Assembly (NCBI GenBank): GCA_963675785.1
Contig: OY776562.1
Location: 3,072,001 to 3,136,000, forward strand
Direction: 5' to 3'
Source of the DNA: Anaerolineae bacterium
GTDB taxonomy: Bacteria > Chloroflexota > Anaerolineae > UBA1429
DNA length: 64,000 nt
Every line of letters begins with the position of its first letter. Position 1 is the first letter of the stretch. Shown piece by piece: positions 60,448 to 64,000 of this stretch. Made by a program: the position numbers and the translations under genes. The notes beneath the pieces were generated by a model, which did not search any database, was not told the DNA's origin, and worked only from the letters and a program-made list of their open reading frames with translations.

Positions 60448-60575
60448 GTTCTCCTTTCCAAACACGGGCGGCATGAGCGTTTCCACTCAGACCGTTCGCC
60501 GGGCAATTGTGGTTGCCTGGCTGCGATCGCAGACCCTAGAGTTTTCTGTTCCGTAGGCCGTGCGATTCGGAGAAC
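60448..60575 (-). ncRNA. Moco-family riboswitch with P3 (Moco-type)
   Basis: Minus strand GTTCTCCGAA-TCGCA..CCTACGG..TAGG..TGCGA-[P3]-TGAGT GGAAAC GCTCA-TGCCGCCCGTGTTTGGAAAGGAGAAC; P1 GTTCTCC/GGAGAAC. Confidence 0.85.
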
Positions 60576-60593
60576 AGTCTATTCACTAGGGCT

Positions 60594-60622
60594 ATTCTAA
60601 ACCATGGATTCTGTCTCGGCAA
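60594..60622 (-). promoter_or_regulatory. Sigma70 promoter upstream of the second Moco riboswitch
   Basis: TTGCCG-17 nt-TAGAAT, about 18 nt before P1. Confidence 0.6.
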
Positions 60623-60708
60623 CTTGGATTGCCATCTGGCGAACGGTGACGTAAGATAAACGAGCTATTTGGTTGACCGGGTCGCGTTATGTTTGCTTGA
60701 GGTGAAAA

Positions 60709-61473
60709 ATGATTTTGGATAAATTCAATCTGACGGGCAAGGTTGCTCTCGTTACGGGGGCAAGTCGGGGTTTGGGCCAGGGGATGGCCGTAGGATTGGC
60801 TGAAGCTGGCGCCGATGTGGTTGGTGTTGCGCGTAGTTCGTGCGACGAAACAGCCAAGCAGATCGAGGCACTGGGCAGACGTTTTCTACACATCCCTTTT
60901 GATTTGGCCTTGGCCAGTGTCCTAGATTTGAATGGCCTTGTTGACCAGGTTGTAGATGAGATGGGGGCTCTCAATATTTTGGTGAACGCCGCCGGCGTAA
61001 CAGCGCGTCATCCTTCGCTAGAATACCCTGAGGATGACTGGGACTTTGTGATGCAAGTCAACCTCAAAGCCTTGATGTTTCTTTCACAGGCAGCGGCCCG
61101 ACATTTCGTCAAGATCGGCGGTGGCAAGATCGTCAATGTAGCCTCGGCCTTGTCATTTCAAGGGGGGTATCTGGTGCCTTCTTATGCGGCCTCCAAGCAT
61201 GGTGTAGCGGGTGTTACCAAGGCTTTGGCCAACGAATTTGCTTCGATGAACATCAACGTGAATGCTATTGCTCCGGGCTATATGTTGACGGATATGACAG
61301 CACCGATTGAGGCTGACCCTGTGCGGAATCCCCAGATTATGGTGCGCATTCCAGCGGGTCGCTGGGGCTCGCCCGAAGATCTCAAAGGTGCAGTAGTTTA
61401 CCTTGCTTCGGATGCATCTGCCTATTGCCACGGCTCTACACTGGTAGTGGATGGCGCCTGGCTGAATCGCTAG
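60709..61473 (+). CDS. kduD: 2-dehydro-3-deoxy-D-gluconate 5-dehydrogenase (SDR)
   Basis: TGASRGLG, LSFQGG..VPSYAASK, NAIAPGY, RIPAGRWG, VDGAWL. Confidence 0.85.
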   Translation: MILDKFNLTGKVALVTGASRGLGQGMAVGLAEAGADVVGVARSSCDETAKQIEALGRRFLHIPFDLALASVLDLNGLVDQVVDEMGALNILVNAAGVTARHPSLEYPEDDWDFVMQVNLKALMFLSQAAARHFVKIGGGKIVNVASALSFQGGYLVPSYAASKHGVAGVTKALANEFASMNINVNAIAPGYMLTDMTAPIEADPVRNPQIMVRIPAGRWGSPEDLKGAVVYLASDASAYCHGSTLVVDGAWLNR

Positions 61474-61546
61474 TTTTCCACACGGGCCTGTTCGTTTGCT
61501 GCGTGCAGGCTCGTCTTTTTTAATTCTTGTAAATGCAGGGAGGAAT

Positions 61547-62839
61547 ATGGCAATCCGCAAGGGGGGGCGGAACCCGGAAAAACGCAATATAGCGCTTTCA
61601 GCCATCAATCAGTTTTTCGTTGAAGCGGGCATGACGGTCAGTGATGCCAGCATGGTGCTTTCCCTTTACCTTCGAGCCCTTGGCGGCTCCAATTTCCTTA
61701 TCGGACTCTTACCCTCACTTCGTTTCTTTGGTTGGCTTGTACCGCAATTCGTGATAGCAGGAACGCTAGAGCGCAAACGGCGTATGATGCCTACCATTCG
61801 TTTGCTTGAGGCTGTGCGCTTTACCTCTCTTTTTGCCGTCGCAGGCTTGACACTCGCTTGGGCAGATTCGAGACCCCGCCTGTTGATCTCTGTCTTTCTC
61901 GTTTTGTATATGGCAACGCGCGTGGCGGCGGGTTGTTCAGCGGTGGGACGGACCGAGATCATGGGACATATCGTTCCTCCGGACAAGCGCTCCTCACTTA
62001 TTTCGCTGAGGATGTTTGCTGGTGGCGTGGCTGGCTTTTTGAGCGGGTTCATCGTCAGCGCCTTACTGGATCCGAACCTAATCGATTTTCCTCAAAACTA
62101 TGCCATCCTCATTGGCCTCGCTGGCCTGTGCTTTGGTATTGCTGTACTCATCCTTGGTTTTGTCGATGAGCCAGAAAGAGAGCCCAAATGCGATGGTCTT
62201 TCACTTTTTGATCAGCTTCGTGCTGGGCCAGGTGTCATTCGCAAGGATAAACGATTCCGCAGGTATCTATTTGTTCGCCTGGGGGCTACTGGGTTTCAGA
62301 TCGCTTCTCCCTTTTATATCCTTTATGCTACCGAAGTTTTGGGTGCGCCCGATCTGATTGCCGGGGCCTATATCTCGATCCGAACTGCGTCTCGTGTCCT
62401 TTCGACACTTGGCTGGGGACGGTATTGCGAGCGGCACGGCGGTATGCGCTCGATGCGCTATGGCTTGGCTTTGGGCGGCTTGGCCTTGACGATTGTGACT
62501 TGTTTCCCATTCCTGGCCAACGCTTTTTGGTCCCAGGGAATTCCGACTTATGCGGCCTGGCTTTTCGGGATAGCATTTGTTGTTGAAGGAATGGCACTTG
62601 CTGCTCAGCAGGTGGGGAGTAATTCATATCTCTATCAAGTTGCGCCGGATGACCAAATTCCGACTTATTTTGGCCTTGCCAATACAGTCATGGGGCCGTT
62701 CTACTTTTTGCCAGCACTGGCTGGCGCATTACTTGGTATTGTTGGCTATCAAGCCATCTTTGCTTCGGCAGCGGTGTTCCTTTTCGGTGGCTCAGCAATG
62801 ACTTTTGTTCCAAGTTCTCAGACAAAGAAAAAGGGGTGA
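61547..62839 (+). CDS. MFS transporter
   Basis: About 12 TM helices; ATG behind GGAGG. Confidence 0.8.
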   Translation: MAIRKGGRNPEKRNIALSAINQFFVEAGMTVSDASMVLSLYLRALGGSNFLIGLLPSLRFFGWLVPQFVIAGTLERKRRMMPTIRLLEAVRFTSLFAVAGLTLAWADSRPRLLISVFLVLYMATRVAAGCSAVGRTEIMGHIVPPDKRSSLISLRMFAGGVAGFLSGFIVSALLDPNLIDFPQNYAILIGLAGLCFGIAVLILGFVDEPEREPKCDGLSLFDQLRAGPGVIRKDKRFRRYLFVRLGATGFQIASPFYILYATEVLGAPDLIAGAYISIRTASRVLSTLGWGRYCERHGGMRSMRYGLALGGLALTIVTCFPFLANAFWSQGIPTYAAWLFGIAFVVEGMALAAQQVGSNSYLYQVAPDDQIPTYFGLANTVMGPFYFLPALAGALLGIVGYQAIFASAAVFLFGGSAMTFVPSSQTKKKG

Positions 62840-62858
62840 GCTATTTGCTCACCCCTTT
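62828..62858. terminator. Bidirectional terminator
   Basis: AAAAAGGGGTGAGC-TATTT-GCTCACCCCTTT. Confidence 0.8.
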
Positions 62859-62870
62859 AGGATCAACTGA

Positions 62871-63302
62871 TCAGTACCAACCGCTGTAGCGAGAAAAGTG
62901 CTCCGAGAAAAATTCGCCAACTTCTCCATTATTGTCGAGATCATAAGTCGGGATGGCGATCAGACCCGAATCGCTGTGATAGTAGACGGTCTCTGCACTA
63001 CGAAAGTCCATGATGACGTCTTCGCTGAAGCGATAATCGGGATAAAACTCTACAGAGAATTCACCATTGCCCTTGACGGTGACACGCTCAATGATGATAC
63101 CGCCATTTGGCAGGGCTCCTGAGGGAACCGTCACGGCAAAGCCGTTGACGTTCAGGGTGTAGGCGCGAGAACTGTGGGGCCAGACGATCATCAAACCCCA
63201 GGCAGTCCCTCTTGAGCCTGCCGAGGCCGCAAAAGGTGCAGCCAGCATAACGACGACCAAAAGTGTAAGAACGATTCTGCTGAACTTGTTATTGCGAAGC
63301 AT
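62871..63302 (-). CDS. Secreted hypothetical protein
   Basis: Signal peptide (ASA), GGAGG RBS, ends HFSRYSGWY. Confidence 0.65.
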   Translation of the reverse strand: MLRNNKFSRIVLTLLVVVMLAAPFAASAGSRGTAWGLMIVWPHSSRAYTLNVNGFAVTVPSGALPNGGIIIERVTVKGNGEFSVEFYPDYRFSEDVIMDFRSAETVYYHSDSGLIAIPTYDLDNNGEVGEFFSEHFSRYSGWY

Positions 63303-63437
63303 CTGGACCCTCCGTGTTTTGCTACCCCAATGTGCGGGAATAATTGCTTATTTGATTCATCCCCATGATACTCGCAGACATGTAGGCGAGAATAAAGGAA
63401 CAGTAAACCAAGAGTTAAAATAGCGTCAGGTCTTTGC

Positions 63438-64000
63438 TTACTTTTTGATACTTGTTTCCATGCTGCGAACGGTCAAGTAGGCAAGGAGGATCAAGAGGAG
63501 GGTAGCCCCAACAGCCAGGATATAGAGGTATGTTTGGTTCGTAGAAACGACCGAGGATTCGAATGTGAGCTTTTCACCCCAGGCCAGCAACTCTGAGGTG
63601 CTTTGGTCGGGCAGATCGACGTAAAATCGCCAATAGCTTGACGTCTGCGCCGTTTGCCAAGCGGATTTCTCGTCTGCCAGAACCGCAGCCAGTAATTGTG
63701 CTTCGGCTGTGGCGCTTGCAGAGGAGATGTTCTCTGTTTTAACCTCAATTTCTCGCCATTCAGCATAGTTTGTGGCTATTTCCCATGCTTCTGCCAACGC
63801 TACCGTGCTGATCTCCTCAGTAAATCCAAAAGAGGAGAGCAACCCCTGCTCCGTTGAAAAAGTCATGGCGCTTTCTGTAGGAAAGGCTGTTGTTAACGTT
63901 TGAACAATCAAAGTGGTGGGGACGGGCATCTTTGCCAGAGCCCTTTGGTTCAGTTCGGCGAGCTCATCAATGGAAGCATATGTCTCTGTCACAGTCATGA
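63438..64000 (-). CDS. Hypothetical protein with C-terminal membrane anchor (5' probably truncated)
   Basis: ORF runs to the window edge; C-terminal hydrophobic helix plus basic tail. Confidence 0.6.
   Translation of the reverse strand, partial: MTVTETYASIDELAELNQRALAKMPVPTTLIVQTLTTAFPTESAMTFSTEQGLLSSFGFTEEISTVALAEAWEIATNYAEWREIEVKTENISSASATAEAQLLAAVLADEKSAWQTAQTSSYWRFYVDLPDQSTSELLAWGEKLTFESSVVSTNQTYLYILAVGATLLLILLAYLTVRSMETSIKK

Noticed and set aside
60354-60506. N-terminal extension of the 210-aa ORF 59874-60506
   Set aside because: It runs through the riboswitch; the real start is ATG 60353 with an RBS and a lipoprotein signal.
1-64000. CRISPR arrays, transposases, integrases, prophage or defence genes
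   Set aside because: No regularly spaced repeats or recognisable mobile/defence proteins seen, including next to the tRNAs.

Overview
A 64 kb chromosomal window from an anaerobic bacterium. EF-Tu motifs and gene content suggest Chloroflexota (Anaerolineae-like), but this is an inference. It holds the 3' end of topA; a SAM-I riboswitch-controlled metB-like/aspartate kinase operon; the tRNA-tuf-rpmG-secE-nusG-rplKAJL cluster (not followed by rpoBC); and an 8-gene redox operon (tungsten-type aldehyde oxidoreductase, ferredoxin subunit, HdrA-MvhD fusion with an in-frame Sec UGA and SECIS-like hairpin, HdrC-ferredoxin-MvhD fusion, Flx/Asr-like subunits, FwdF-like polyferredoxin; no HdrB). Housekeeping and carbohydrate genes follow (murE, ald, gatCA, idh, acn, GH38, T-box trpS, galT, nagA, glgP, kduD). 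The most striking locus is 52173-60575: two convergent transcription units, each headed by a Moco-family riboswitch (one lacking stem P3, Tuco-type; one with P3, Moco-type). They encode an ECF transporter whose S component is fused to Cys-less molybdopterin-binding-like domains, further surface proteins with that fold, a circularly permuted nucleotide-pyrophosphatase lipoprotein and a membrane CCG oxidoreductase. This is a candidate molybdo-/tungsto-pterin cofactor scavenging system. I saw no CRISPR array, rRNA or mobile element. All assignments are from reading the sequence; no searches were run.
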